A stretch of DNA of 48,669 nt, from positions 1 to 48,669 of the IMG/VR virus record IMGVR_UViG_3300033412_000368. One strand, 5' to 3'. This document shows positions 28,409 to 39,109 of this stretch, one piece after another. This DNA is from a virus. Taxonomy: Duplodnaviria > Caudoviricetes. Position 1 is the first letter of the stretch, and every line of letters starts with the position of its first letter. The notes below the pieces were generated by a model. The model was not told the origin of the DNA and searched no databases. It saw nothing but the letters and a program-made list of their open reading frames with translations. The position numbers and the translations under genes were made by a program.

Positions 28409-28883
28409 TCTTCTTCTCACTTTTTAGATCAAGACCATAGATATAGATACCAATCAACTCTTTTCTCCATACCTGACAATTAGTAATATGCCCCTCTTTC
28501 TTAAAACCATGTTTTTCACACGCTTTAATTGCATGAATACAAGAATCTGATACAAAAGCAATTACCTTTCTTATTTCTGTCTGTTTGATAAAATGTTCAT
28601 AAAGGAAAGTATAAATCTCGGATAAAACCCCTTTACCATGATATTTACTTGACACATAAGGGTGTATGCAAACACAAATATCCGTAAAATATTCATATTT
28701 AAGAATACAAACTAAACCATCATCATTTTCTAAACCAATGTAATATGAACCTGGAACTAAAGAGTATTTTCCTTTTTCATGCATATAAATTAATTCTTTA
28801 TCACTAAATCCCATATATACTAATTGAGGATCATTAATGATAAAATCTGATATTTGTTCTTTTGTTAATTCAATAAAATTCAT
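28395..28883 (-). CDS. GNAT-fold protein
   Basis: YHGKG, AI...EKHGFKKEG; located between tail and ejection genes, as in many podoviruses. Confidence 0.7.
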   Translation of the reverse strand: MNFIELTKEQISDFIINDPQLVYMGFSDKELIYMHEKGKYSLVPGSYYIGLENDDGLVCILKYEYFTDICVCIHPYVSSKYHGKGVLSEIYTFLYEHFIKQTEIRKVIAFVSDSCIHAIKACEKHGFKKEGHITNCQVWRKELIGIYIYGLDLKSEKKNVRV

Positions 28884-28885
28884 AA

Positions 28886-29971
28886 TTAAAACTTAATAAG
28901 AGCGTGTAAAATCATTGAAGGTTGTATAGTATTATGACCAGTTCCACTTCCCGATGCAGCCGTAGAAGTACTAATAACACTAGAGGTTGTTCCTGAATTA
29001 ACTGTGGTAGTCCCAGAACTTCCAGTACCATTATTAATAATTAAAGGGGTATAATTTGGGGAAGTATAAGTATAGGTATGTGTATGACTTGGACCTTCAG
29101 CAATCGATAAAGAATGATTTTCTTCACCACCAATATTACCAAGTGAATTACCTATTGTCCCAGTTCCTGTTCCACCTGAACCCATCCTAACTCTTCTACT
29201 TAAATTAGGTAAATTAAAAGTATTAACACCATCCCCAGATCCGAAAGTTGTCCCAATTGCTGCAAATAAATCAGAGAAAGAAGCTCTACTAACTGCAGAA
29301 CCATTACAAAGAAGCCATCCATCTGGGATAGATCCCCCAGCATAGTCTAATATTATCCCAGGAGGAAAAGAGGTACTAACCCCTGGGATCGGTTGAAATG
29401 TAACCGCCCCTGATCCATTTGTAGTTAAAACAGTTCCACTTAAACCATCAGAAGAGGGAAAAGAATAGGACCCAGAATCACTAGAAAAAGTAATAGCCCC
29501 CGATCCTTTAGTAGAAAATTTCATATTCACTGAAGATTGGGGACCCGTTACGGATAGAATAGGACTAGAATTATTAGCATTACTAATAATAAAATGATCA
29601 TTTGCGGAAGAAACATATGTATAATCCAGAAGGATATTACCATTAGGATCAATAACAGTATTTCCGAATCGACCAATATTGTCAGCAACCCAGATCATAG
29701 AACCATGTCCAGTATCTGGATCAATATCTGAATTTTCAGCTACAAATTTAGATGGCCCTGAATAAACTATTGAAGCTCGTCCCGAAGCATCTAAAGTATA
29801 AGGATTATCAATTGGATTCATCTGATTGATTGCATCAGAGATAGTTGAGTACATATCCCGTAAATTATCACTTTCAGCGTCATAACACCAAATTAAACCT
29901 CCCTGAACAGGAACCCCATTACCATCAACAACTTGGAGAATTGGATCTCCTAAAAAATCTATTTGTGCCAT
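28886..29971 (-). CDS. Tail fibre with tail-collar domain
   Basis: PPGII.DYAG..IPDGWLLCNGSAVSR..FSDLFAAIGTTFGSGDG..TFNLPNL; N-terminal head-binding-like D.NG.P..GG...NP..LDA.G. Confidence 0.85.
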   Translation of the reverse strand: MAQIDFLGDPILQVVDGNGVPVQGGLIWCYDAESDNLRDMYSTISDAINQMNPIDNPYTLDASGRASIVYSGPSKFVAENSDIDPDTGHGSMIWVADNIGRFGNTVIDPNGNILLDYTYVSSANDHFIISNANNSSPILSVTGPQSSVNMKFSTKGSGAITFSSDSGSYSFPSSDGLSGTVLTTNGSGAVTFQPIPGVSTSFPPGIILDYAGGSIPDGWLLCNGSAVSRASFSDLFAAIGTTFGSGDGVNTFNLPNLSRRVRMGSGGTGTGTIGNSLGNIGGEENHSLSIAEGPSHTHTYTYTSPNYTPLIINNGTGSSGTTTVNSGTTSSVISTSTAASGSGTGHNTIQPSMILHALIKF

Positions 29972-31743
29972 TAAGTTCTCTCTACTATGATATCAGCCCG
30001 AAGATCAATAATTGCATGATCAATGGGGGCTGTTATTTTAAATAATAATATCCATTGATAAGAGGTCCCTCGTATATTCCATATTAATCGTTTCATATAC
30101 TCACCCGTAGATCCAATAGGCCGTAACTCTTCATTTGACCAAGTATAACCACCATCATTAGAAAATTGCATCATTACATTCGCCATTGATGAATATCCGG
30201 TTAGACTGGTACTTCCTGTTTTCACTTTTAATTCAATGTCATTAACCCCAATTAATTTAAAATCCGGATCTTCATAATGAGGAGTAGTAAAAATTCTCGT
30301 AATCAAATCACCATTATCATCATAAATAGTTGATGATAATAGATAAATTTTATTATCACGTATTCCCCCACTAATAATTAAACCATTATATGTATCACAG
30401 TATTGATTCAGTGAGTGTTCTAAAGTACCTAATTCAGAATTAGTATGATTACGTTCATGCCAAGTCTCAGTTGTAAAATCCCTTACCCATGTCTTTTTAG
30501 CGGCGGGAAAAGTTACTTCATACATGACATGACCACGATCAACATAAGTCATTCCAATTGCATCATTCAAAAGCGGGTAGGTTGCTAATTCAGCATCTAA
30601 TTCTTCGGTAGAAATTTTTTTAAGAGTGTACCCTGTTGATTGATCCCGAAATAAATTAGATACGTCAGATTGGACAATAAAACCTCTGGAATCAACCCAT
30701 ACTAATAAATCACTAACATTCGTAACCGAATAAGGGGCTAAACAGCCAATATTAATATCAGACCCAACTCTCTTTGTAAAAGGAGGTCCGACCGGATTCC
30801 CATTATCATACCAGACTTCAATAGAATTACTACCAAAGAGCCATAATTCACTTTTACTTTCAGCCATAGCAACCAATAAGTCAGGCTTTGATTCAGCAGC
30901 AGCTACATCTAAGCCATTCCAAATTCTCCCCTCATTTGGTTGTGAAAATTGAAATTTTTGAGTGTCAGAATTATTAACTATAAAATAACCATCAATATAA
31001 ACAACATGAGATCCTCCAACAAAATCAGTATCAGTAATTTGCTGAAATTGCTCAAAAGGGAGAGATGAACTAAATACACCCGGATTAACTGATATACCAT
31101 TGACTCCAGAGACAAACCCAGTTCCAGATTCTGTAACTACTATTGAAGTGATCCCATCTAAAGCTGTAAGAGTTAATAAACCTCCTTGATATGAGGCTTG
31201 CACTTTAGTTGTGGAAGAATGGGTATTTATTGTTGATACTAAAGTTAATGGATTTAAAGATGTACTTACTGAAAAAGAACTATAAATTGATACACCATTT
31301 ATAGTTAATGTGTATGTATTGCCAGAGGATCCTCCTATTGGTCCAAGAGGAACAGTTCCTGCAAATATGAAATTATAGATATACCCATCAGTCCCATCTA
31401 ATAAAATAATCTGTGTTGGATTATTAGTCCCAATTACTGTTCCTGAAGAACTATTTAAAGTCCCAATTGTTGTTAAACTCACATTTAAAGAATATTGGTC
31501 AATATCTGCAGAGATAAATTTATTTCCTACAACAAAATAAATAATATCATTAATTTTTTTTACAAAACGGATTGGACCTTCTTCTTCAGGATCTGAAATT
31601 AAACGAGATCCCATAGTTGGTAATAAAGTTATTTTTCCTCGTCCATTTTCACCAGAGGAGGTAGGAAAATAATTAATACAAAGTTGATAATTAGTAGGTC
31701 TGGAAGGATGTTTATGCGACCCACTAGGTAAAGGTAATTGCAT
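29971..31743 (-). CDS. P22 gp10-like tail hub / packaged-DNA stabilisation protein
   Basis: AESKPD, LFGSNSIEVW, GC.A..S, TWHER, SNDGGYTWS, G.TGEY..R motifs. Confidence 0.8.
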   Translation of the reverse strand: MQLPLPSGSHKHPSRPTNYQLCINYFPTSSGENGRGKITLLPTMGSRLISDPEEEGPIRFVKKINDIIYFVVGNKFISADIDQYSLNVSLTTIGTLNSSSGTVIGTNNPTQIILLDGTDGYIYNFIFAGTVPLGPIGGSSGNTYTLTINGVSIYSSFSVSTSLNPLTLVSTINTHSSTTKVQASYQGGLLTLTALDGITSIVVTESGTGFVSGVNGISVNPGVFSSSLPFEQFQQITDTDFVGGSHVVYIDGYFIVNNSDTQKFQFSQPNEGRIWNGLDVAAAESKPDLLVAMAESKSELWLFGSNSIEVWYDNGNPVGPPFTKRVGSDINIGCLAPYSVTNVSDLLVWVDSRGFIVQSDVSNLFRDQSTGYTLKKISTEELDAELATYPLLNDAIGMTYVDRGHVMYEVTFPAAKKTWVRDFTTETWHERNHTNSELGTLEHSLNQYCDTYNGLIISGGIRDNKIYLLSSTIYDDNGDLITRIFTTPHYEDPDFKLIGVNDIELKVKTGSTSLTGYSSMANVMMQFSNDGGYTWSNEELRPIGSTGEYMKRLIWNIRGTSYQWILLFKITAPIDHAIIDLRADIIVERT

Positions 31744-32754
31744 TTATCTCCCCCATCCTTCACCACCATTATAAGACGAATATCCGCTTCCTTCGTAATA
31801 TGGTTGTAATGTTAAACTGGTTATTTCTTGATCCCAATCTAATAGATTTTGTAACATCTCACTAGCCATAGGTAATAAATATTGGGCCTTAGCCTCTTTT
31901 CCAAATATAGAGGCAATTCGAATAGCCAATTGATACGTAAGGGGTTCAAGCCATTCTGAAGGAAAGTCAAAATTATTATTAACCGAATATAAGTCATCTA
32001 TTAATCTTTCATAAGTAATTTGGATGCGTTTTGATGCATCTAATGGTCTAGGCCAAATATAAAATCGACCATTTAAGTCTTTAGGGACATACATACCTTG
32101 GTTTGGTAAAGTAGAAGTAACCGTTGTCATTCCTACATTAAAATATGTTTGATAAGATACTAGTGTTAAAGGTGTTTCAACTAAAGATGTCCCTTCATTC
32201 CCCAGATCAATACCAGTCAATGTTCGAGCATCTAAAATTCGTAAAGGTTTAGAAGCTAATTGAGAATAAGAATATACTAATTGATTAGAACTAATTTCCA
32301 ATGGTAAACCTGGACCCGGTATATTAACAGTAATAGAATCAGGGATTGAACTGATCGTAGTCCAATAAATATACCCATCATCTTGTACAATTCCTATAGG
32401 ATCATCAATAGACATACCTTCGGTTGATTTAACAACTAAAGATGTTTCTCCTAAAACTGAATCAGACGCTAAACAAGTAGTCACTGATAAATCTTTTAAA
32501 ACAAATTTAGCAGAAGATCCAAGATCATACTGTCCAATATAGGGTTCTAAAAACAATAAACCTTCCTCTTTGGTCCATAAATGAAGTCCTTTAGACTGCC
32601 ATGCTTTTACCATTTTATTTAGAATATTATTACAAACTGTAATATCTGCAGCTTGGGGAATCCTCCCAACAGAATTGCAACCAATTAATGATAATGCATC
32701 TAAAATCAAATCATTACGAGTCTGGGAAAAATTAGTTGATCCTGATACTGCCAT
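31744..32754 (-). CDS. Head-tail adaptor
   Basis: I.DAL..IG, LN.M...W, IWPRP, FP.EW...L.Y.LA..IA pattern; gene position. Confidence 0.65.
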   Translation of the reverse strand: MAVSGSTNFSQTRNDLILDALSLIGCNSVGRIPQAADITVCNNILNKMVKAWQSKGLHLWTKEEGLLFLEPYIGQYDLGSSAKFVLKDLSVTTCLASDSVLGETSLVVKSTEGMSIDDPIGIVQDDGYIYWTTISSIPDSITVNIPGPGLPLEISSNQLVYSYSQLASKPLRILDARTLTGIDLGNEGTSLVETPLTLVSYQTYFNVGMTTVTSTLPNQGMYVPKDLNGRFYIWPRPLDASKRIQITYERLIDDLYSVNNNFDFPSEWLEPLTYQLAIRIASIFGKEAKAQYLLPMASEMLQNLLDWDQEITSLTLQPYYEGSGYSSYNGGEGWGR

Positions 32755-35700
32755 TATCTCATTCTCCTTGCAGCAATAAATCCATATCCACTACATGTAC
32801 TAACAGCAAAGGTAACATTTGCCACTAAATAAACAGTAGTAGTTCCGGATAATTTCAAAACGGTTGGTGGGATATCTGCAATTGCTATTCCACCTGCAGG
32901 AAGAGCAGCAGAAGAATATGATCGCCCAGCTCCAGCAGATCCAATAGATCCAGGGAAAGTCGCCAAAGTATTACTAGTCGTATTAATACCACAATTAACG
33001 ATGCTTGTTGTGGTCGTTCCCGCGGGATTAGTTCCAACAGCTCCCCAAACATTCCAATCCCCTGCTGTTAAAGATATCGATGTGATGTCTTTTGATGTAC
33101 CAGAAGATAAAGAAACAGCTGAGCCAACAGCAACAAAACTCGATATAACTTCACCAACACTTCCTGCGGCTGCATCATCATTAGTAGTTGTTCCTACTAT
33201 TCCCGTAGTCGAAGAAAAAGTAATACTTGGGACAGTATTAATTGCTTGCCCCGTCATTAACATCGTTCCAGTCGCATCAGGGAGGGTTATTGTCCGGCTA
33301 GCGGACGTATCTGACATTGTAAATGTCGTACTGTGCTGCTGTGAAGTTCCACTAAATATTTTAAATGGACTACTAGAGGTAGTTAATACTTTGCATTGGC
33401 CAGTCCCTTTCATACTCAAATTCATGCCAATATTTGAATCAGATCCTGCAACTGACATATGTGGATCATTTGCTGTTGCGCTATTTAATATAGATAAATA
33501 ATTCACAGCACTAGCAGTAGCACTAGTTCCTAACATAGCATTACCATTAGCATCATTAATCTGAGCTATAATAGGAGTAGCTATAGTAGGTCCAGTAGCT
33601 AATACAATATTACCACTGCCAGTAGAACTATTACCTAATAAAGTCATAGTCCCTGAAGCATCTGGGACTGTTATAGTCCTCGTAGCAGATGTATTAGAAA
33701 ATGAAAAAATAGTGCCATGTTGATATCCAGTCCCACTACTTATACTAATAGGAGTATTACTAGTAGAAGAAAGGCCGATAATACCTGATCCTTTTGATAT
33801 TACATTAATACCAATATTTGAATCAGATCCAATAGAACTAACAGCAGGAGCTGAACCAGTTACATTATTTGTTAAATTAACATAATTAACCGAGCTAGAA
33901 GTTGCCGACATCCCTAACATAGCATTACCATTAGCATCATTAATCTGAGCTATAATAGGAGTAGCTATAGTAGGTCCAGTAGCTAATACAATATTACCAC
34001 TGCCAGTAGAACTATTACCTAATAAAGTCATAGTCCCTGAAGCATCTGGGACTGTTATAGTCCTCGTAGCAGATGTATTAGAAAATGAAAAAATAGTGCC
34101 ATGTTGATATCCAGTCCCACTACTTATACTAATAGGAGTATTACTAGTAGAAGAAAGGCCGATAATACCTGATCCTTTTGATATTACATTAATACCAATA
34201 TTTGAATCAGATCCAATAGAACTAACAGCAGGAGCTGAACCAGTTACATTATTTGTTAAATTAACATAATTAACCGAGCTAGAAGTTGCCGACATCCCTA
34301 ACATAGCATTACCATTAGCATCATTAATCTGAGCTATAATAGGAGTAGCTATAGTAGGTCCAGTACCAAAGACAGCAAATCCAGTTCCCGTTTCATCAGT
34401 TAAAAATGCTCTTAAATTAGCACTAGTTGGTGTTGTTAGGAATGTGTTAGCAGCAGCAGTAACTTGAGTCAAATAACGAGTATTAACCCCAGAATCAGTT
34501 ACAGAAAGACTACTAGGATTATAATTAGGTGCTATAACAGTTAAACTACTATTGGCGGTTATATATATTGATGGAGTAGAGATTGAAGATAATAAAGAAT
34601 TATTCTCAATAAATGTATCAGTTGCATAATCAAGATAAATTAATCCTAAACTGACAGCAGAATGCCCATTAATATTATTTCCAGTTATAGAACAATTATG
34701 AATACTTTTTCCTGAACTTCCCGATAATACTATAGAGGATGTGATAGATCCAGAAATAACTTCTATTTGATTATTAACAATTCTTACATTTTGAGCATAA
34801 TCACCAATAAAAATAGAATATTTATTTCCGGTTAATAAACAATTATCTTGGATAGATAAATTAGCAGAACCATTTTGAAATGCAGTAATCGTTATACAAT
34901 TATTACTGGATCCGCTAACTCCATCAATCAGATTATTATTAATAACATTCCCATCACCCCAATGGCCAGTAGAAGTTAATCCACCAATTAAACCACATCG
35001 TCTGATGGAATTTTGAAAAAATGAATCTGTGGTTCCACCATCGTGATAAAAAGCATATCCTGAAGTAGGATACAACCAAAGATCTGAGAAAGAGGATTTA
35101 TATAATGAATAACCATTTGTACAATCTACTAATAAAGCATTACTTAGATGAGTAGTTCCATCAGTAACACTGAATCTCGCCAATGATAAATAAACTCCAC
35201 CAAAAGAGGCATAACTAACTTTAACCCCCGCTCTGTCAGAAGAAAAATAGCATTTTAGAATTGAACTACTTCCCTCCCCAATAAAACGTAATGGACGATT
35301 GATAATAATCGTATCAGTTATTTTATAGGTTCCTGGTGGGATATAGACATCATCATTAGCATTTAAACAAGCTTGAATGGCTGCCGTATCATCCGTTGAA
35401 TTATCACCAACCGCCCCATATGCTTTAATACTTACGGGACAAGTTTTTCTTTGAGTAACCGCAGGAATAATTGTTGTGATACTTGGAACCCCTGATGCAC
35501 TAGTTGCTAAAATACTATCATTTCCAGATGTTAAGCCCGAGACAGAATTACCAGTATTAGCATAATAGGCAAGTTGATTAGCTGTTCCGCTAATCACTTT
35601 ACCATTGGCAACGGTTGGATCAACCCAAGTCCCATCTCCTCTCCAATAAGTAGAAGAGGAAGCTCCAGTTCCACTATTAAATCTAGCAATTGCTAGATTA

Positions 35701-36236
35701 CCAGTTAACTGAGTCGCAGGAAAAGAAGTACAATTCGAAAGATTCCCACTGGCAGGAGTTCCAAGAACAGGGGATGATAAAGTTGGACCTGTAGCAAAAA
35801 CTAAAGAACCGCTCCCAGTCTCGTCAAGAATTGCTGAGGATAAATTAGCACTAGTTGGGGTTGTTAAGAATGTAGAAATTCCTGATGCTAAACCAGAAAT
35901 TCCAGTTGAAACTGGTAATCCGGTACAATTGGTAAGAATACCTCCTGTAGGAGTTCCTAAATTAATGTTTGGAAGCGTAGTACTCCATAAAACAGATGAA
36001 CTTCCATCGGTCCTTAGAATAGAATTACTAGAAGTAGTAGTTCCAGAGAATTGAAATCCATTTAAGTTTAAATTAGCCGATAAATGAGGAGAAGGATCCA
36101 TACTTAATGTTGGAGCAAAATTTAATGTACCAGTTATATTAGGATTTCCAATTTTTTGCCCTACAAAATAATCCCCAACCTCGGCATCCCCTAAATTAGA
36201 ATCTATATGTAATTGTTTTATTGTATAATCAGGCAT
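32754..36236 (-). CDS. Tail fibre/tailspike with a beta-helix (pectate-lyase-like) domain and internal repeats
   Basis: SIKAYGAVGDNSTDDTAAIQA...VYIPPGTY followed by Asn-rich beta-helix; S/T/G-rich shaft. Confidence 0.85.
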   Translation of the reverse strand: MPDYTIKQLHIDSNLGDAEVGDYFVGQKIGNPNITGTLNFAPTLSMDPSPHLSANLNLNGFQFSGTTTSSNSILRTDGSSSVLWSTTLPNINLGTPTGGILTNCTGLPVSTGISGLASGISTFLTTPTSANLSSAILDETGSGSLVFATGPTLSSPVLGTPASGNLSNCTSFPATQLTGNLAIARFNSGTGASSSTYWRGDGTWVDPTVANGKVISGTANQLAYYANTGNSVSGLTSGNDSILATSASGVPSITTIIPAVTQRKTCPVSIKAYGAVGDNSTDDTAAIQACLNANDDVYIPPGTYKITDTIIINRPLRFIGEGSSSILKCYFSSDRAGVKVSYASFGGVYLSLARFSVTDGTTHLSNALLVDCTNGYSLYKSSFSDLWLYPTSGYAFYHDGGTTDSFFQNSIRRCGLIGGLTSTGHWGDGNVINNNLIDGVSGSSNNCITITAFQNGSANLSIQDNCLLTGNKYSIFIGDYAQNVRIVNNQIEVISGSITSSIVLSGSSGKSIHNCSITGNNINGHSAVSLGLIYLDYATDTFIENNSLLSSISTPSIYITANSSLTVIAPNYNPSSLSVTDSGVNTRYLTQVTAAANTFLTTPTSANLRAFLTDETGTGFAVFGTGPTIATPIIAQINDANGNAMLGMSATSSSVNYVNLTNNVTGSAPAVSSIGSDSNIGINVISKGSGIIGLSSTSNTPISISSGTGYQHGTIFSFSNTSATRTITVPDASGTMTLLGNSSTGSGNIVLATGPTIATPIIAQINDANGNAMLGMSATSSSVNYVNLTNNVTGSAPAVSSIGSDSNIGINVISKGSGIIGLSSTSNTPISISSGTGYQHGTIFSFSNTSATRTITVPDASGTMTLLGNSSTGSGNIVLATGPTIATPIIAQINDANGNAMLGTSATASAVNYLSILNSATANDPHMSVAGSDSNIGMNLSMKGTGQCKVLTTSSSPFKIFSGTSQQHSTTFTMSDTSASRTITLPDATGTMLMTGQAINTVPSITFSSTTGIVGTTTNDDAAAGSVGEVISSFVAVGSAVSLSSGTSKDITSISLTAGDWNVWGAVGTNPAGTTTTSIVNCGINTTSNTLATFPGSIGSAGAGRSYSSAALPAGGIAIADIPPTVLKLSGTTTVYLVANVTFAVSTCSGYGFIAARRMR
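33529..34365. repeat. 384-bp tandem duplication (~2.2 copies) within the tail fibre gene
   Basis: cctaacatagcattacc begins at 33529, 33913 and 34297; the 128-aa unit is repeated identically. Confidence 0.92.
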
Positions 36237-36914
36237 TTATCTCTCAATAATTAAATTATAATTATTTTGTGTGGCAGATAATTTATTTAAATCATTCTGT
36301 GTAGTAACAAGAAAATATGGTTCTGTGTATTTTGGAAAATAGGCGATATTAGATAAAGGAGATTCTCCTAAATTTGTTATCCTAGAAACACGATACGAAT
36401 AAACTGACTCAATATCTCCAGAACTATCTAAATAATAAGTTGCTAAACTATTGGTGTTACTATTAATTACAGTATATATTTCAGTAACCCCATCAGCCCT
36501 ATACACTCTGTAACCTAAGGTTAAAGCATTCCCCCAATATAAAGGTCCATCCCAAATAAGTTGGATATTAAGAGTTAATGGAGCAAGTGTAGCAATTAAA
36601 TCCCTCGGCGCAGAACCAATTGTATCTTCATTTTCTAAATTAGTATAAGAAAAAAATGTTGATTCTGGACGGACATAGTCCTTCTTAACTAACAAATCTT
36701 CATATATTCTAATAGGTTTTATCTGAGGGTTTGTTTTATCGGCATCTGCCAAGCAAACAATCATATTATTTAATAGATTAAACCGATCTTGAATCTTAAT
36801 TGTATCTTTAACTCGGAATTTTTTACCACAAACATCACATATAACAAATCGATTATCGATTCCAGGATAAATTTCACGGTTTCTACGTCTATTGATCAAA
36901 TCTGTAAAACCCAA
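36237..36914 (-). CDS. Structural-arm protein with CxxC and an FN3-like domain
   Basis: CDVCG; AP.DL.A...L.W.....GYRVYR...Y.YRV...N.GESPLSN. Confidence 0.6.
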   Translation of the reverse strand: MGFTDLINRRRNREIYPGIDNRFVICDVCGKKFRVKDTIKIQDRFNLLNNMIVCLADADKTNPQIKPIRIYEDLLVKKDYVRPESTFFSYTNLENEDTIGSAPRDLIATLAPLTLNIQLIWDGPLYWGNALTLGYRVYRADGVTEIYTVINSNTNSLATYYLDSSGDIESVYSYRVSRITNLGESPLSNIAYFPKYTEPYFLVTTQNDLNKLSATQNNYNLIIER

Positions 36915-37273
36915 AGAAAAACAGTCACAATTTCCCCTGCACCAATTCCACTGGTAGTTAATAGAACATCACCAGTCGCCCCCGATCCTCTTGGATTAGG
37001 GACTCCTCCGAATTTACTCATATTTAACTTAGGTGAATTAACAGGATTAACAGAGACTATAGAACTATCAGTTGTCTGATCCCATTCTAAAGTTACTAAG
37101 GAATCTGATCCTGATATAGAATATCCCATAACTATACCCTTATTAACGTTATTAATAAAAGCAGAATTATCATAAACCACTAAATCAGTTTCATCCGCCC
37201 CAGAGATTGTTATTAAATTAACAATACTTTTATCATTTCCTGAACCAACTAATGTTCTTATTGTATGACTCAT
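36896..37273 (-). CDS. Hypothetical virion protein
   Basis: GAGG RBS; within the structural operon. Confidence 0.6.
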   Translation of the reverse strand: MSHTIRTLVGSGNDKSIVNLITISGADETDLVVYDNSAFINNVNKGIVMGYSISGSDSLVTLEWDQTTDSSIVSVNPVNSPKLNMSKFGGVPNPRGSGATGDVLLTTSGIGAGEIVTVFLWVLQI

Positions 37274-37284
37274 TAATGGCCCTC

Positions 37285-38139
37285 TTATGCAACTGTTTTA
37301 GAAAATTTCAACATAATTCCATAATAATCGTAGGCCGTTGTCGCAGCATTATTAGCCGTGACCTCAATTATATATTTACTATCGCTGGTTATATCAAAAG
37401 CAGGAGTTGTAATTGAAATATTACTAACATAAGGATTAGCTTGAGTTGCAGTAGATAATGATCCTGTCAAATCAACTGATGTTATTGATACGGCAGCATT
37501 ATTAGAATAATCAATACGATCTAAAGTAATAGTATGAGCATCCATGGCCAATGTACCAATACTATAAATAACATCAAAACTATCTAATCGAAAACCTTTG
37601 GAAGCGGCGACTCGAATCTCAGGAGTAATATCAACTCCAATTATTGATGTCTCATCCCCAGCGGTATGTCTTTTAACATAATTCCCTTGAGCAATTCTAG
37701 TGGTTGTCCATGTTCCTGTACCAAAAGATAGAACATTGGATATCCCAACAAATTGTTGTCGAGCAATAATATTGGCCGAACCTGTATCTAATAAAATATT
37801 GGCTGTTGATGCGCCTGGATCGGGTAATGAAATAACTGATGATTGACCCATAATACTATTTCTTATAGTAGTATTATAAGCACCACCTGCATTTAATGCC
37901 TCAAAAATAAAAGTACCATTCGCGGCAGTTGAAGGATAGGATATAAAAGATCCAGCATCCCCAGATGATCCAGAAGTTATCGGACCTCCAGTTGCAGTAA
38001 TACTGGTAGATGCAGTTATAGCCCCTGTAACAGATACTGCTCCAGTAATTCCAATGGCTCCAGATAAAGTAGTAGTACCACCAACAATTAGATTTCCACC
38101 AATACTAAAATTTGTACTAGTGTGACTTGTATTTGTCAT
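37285..38139 (-). CDS. Putative capsid fibre/decoration protein
   Basis: T/G/S/A-rich; follows the major capsid gene. Confidence 0.5.
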   Translation of the reverse strand: MTNTSHTSTNFSIGGNLIVGGTTTLSGAIGITGAVSVTGAITASTSITATGGPITSGSSGDAGSFISYPSTAANGTFIFEALNAGGAYNTTIRNSIMGQSSVISLPDPGASTANILLDTGSANIIARQQFVGISNVLSFGTGTWTTTRIAQGNYVKRHTAGDETSIIGVDITPEIRVAASKGFRLDSFDVIYSIGTLAMDAHTITLDRIDYSNNAAVSITSVDLTGSLSTATQANPYVSNISITTPAFDITSDSKYIIEVTANNAATTAYDYYGIMLKFSKTVA

Positions 38140-38152
38140 TCTTTATACCTTT

Positions 38153-38176
38153 AAAATAGGGGGTATTAACCCCCAA
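38153..38176 (-). terminator. Intrinsic terminator after the major capsid gene
   Basis: Minus strand GGGGGT-taat-ACCCCC followed by TATTTT. Confidence 0.75.
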
Positions 38177-38180
38177 TTAA

Positions 38181-39092
38181 TTATGCCCCTGGATTTCCCC
38201 ATAAAGCTCTTTTATCTGTAACACCGAAAGAGACCCTGAAATCACACTTAAATCGCATTACATCAGTATCAAAATCAGATGTATCATTGGCCATATTTAC
38301 ATCTCGGCGAATAAAACGTTTTGCACCATTTGGGCAATCAGTTTTAATAAAATACGCATTAGTATCAGTTAAATAATGATTCACAGTATAACCTTCAGGA
38401 AGCATTCCTTTATAAGCTAATGCAGGTATATCTCTATCCATTGTAGCAGGACGCCATTGAGTATTCCCCAATAATCTCTCTGCTTCAAATTGTAATTGAA
38501 TAGGAACAATTAATTTCTTTGCCATCACAGAAATTTTATTACTTGCATCATCAGTATATTGACCAATTTGATTAATAGCATTCTCTAATGATGCTTCTGA
38601 AAGTTGAGCGCCTGCAGCAGTATTAGAAAAAGTACCACCTTTTGACAATTTATTAGAGGCAGAAAATAATGCCACTCCATCGGGCCATAAATAACTTGAA
38701 CTAAACCCCTGATTAAGAATAAAAGCTCCTAAATTCTCCATCGTCTGATTAGCACTAATACCTAAAGCCTGAGCTCTTGCATAAGACAGTTGTTCATAAA
38801 AATTATCTTCAATTGCCTCTCTTGAAATAGCATACCCAAGAGAATAAACAATATGACGATAATAATAGGACCATGCTTGTCCCATATCATCATATTTAAT
38901 AGGTGCAGTTTCAGGTTTAACTCGGAACTGACCTAATCCATAATAATTAACATCTTCTTCAAAGTTTTTATCAGATGTATAATTATCAAAAATTTCAGAC
39001 CATTCAGAAGGGTAACGATTATAACCCACACCAAACCAATCATTAACACCAGGCATTACCGCACGAGCGGCACTGGCAACAACATTAACCAT
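38181..39092 (-). CDS. Major capsid protein
   Basis: 303 aa; Y.LG..ISREAIEDN.Y, DGVALFSA, LSEASLE.A, NHYLTD, R.SFG..D.R...G.PG; followed by a terminator. Confidence 0.85.
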   Translation of the reverse strand: MVNVVASAARAVMPGVNDWFGVGYNRYPSEWSEIFDNYTSDKNFEEDVNYYGLGQFRVKPETAPIKYDDMGQAWSYYYRHIVYSLGYAISREAIEDNFYEQLSYARAQALGISANQTMENLGAFILNQGFSSSYLWPDGVALFSASNKLSKGGTFSNTAAGAQLSEASLENAINQIGQYTDDASNKISVMAKKLIVPIQLQFEAERLLGNTQWRPATMDRDIPALAYKGMLPEGYTVNHYLTDTNAYFIKTDCPNGAKRFIRRDVNMANDTSDFDTDVMRFKCDFRVSFGVTDKRALWGNPGA

Positions 39093-39109
39093 TATTTATT
39101 TCCTCAAAA

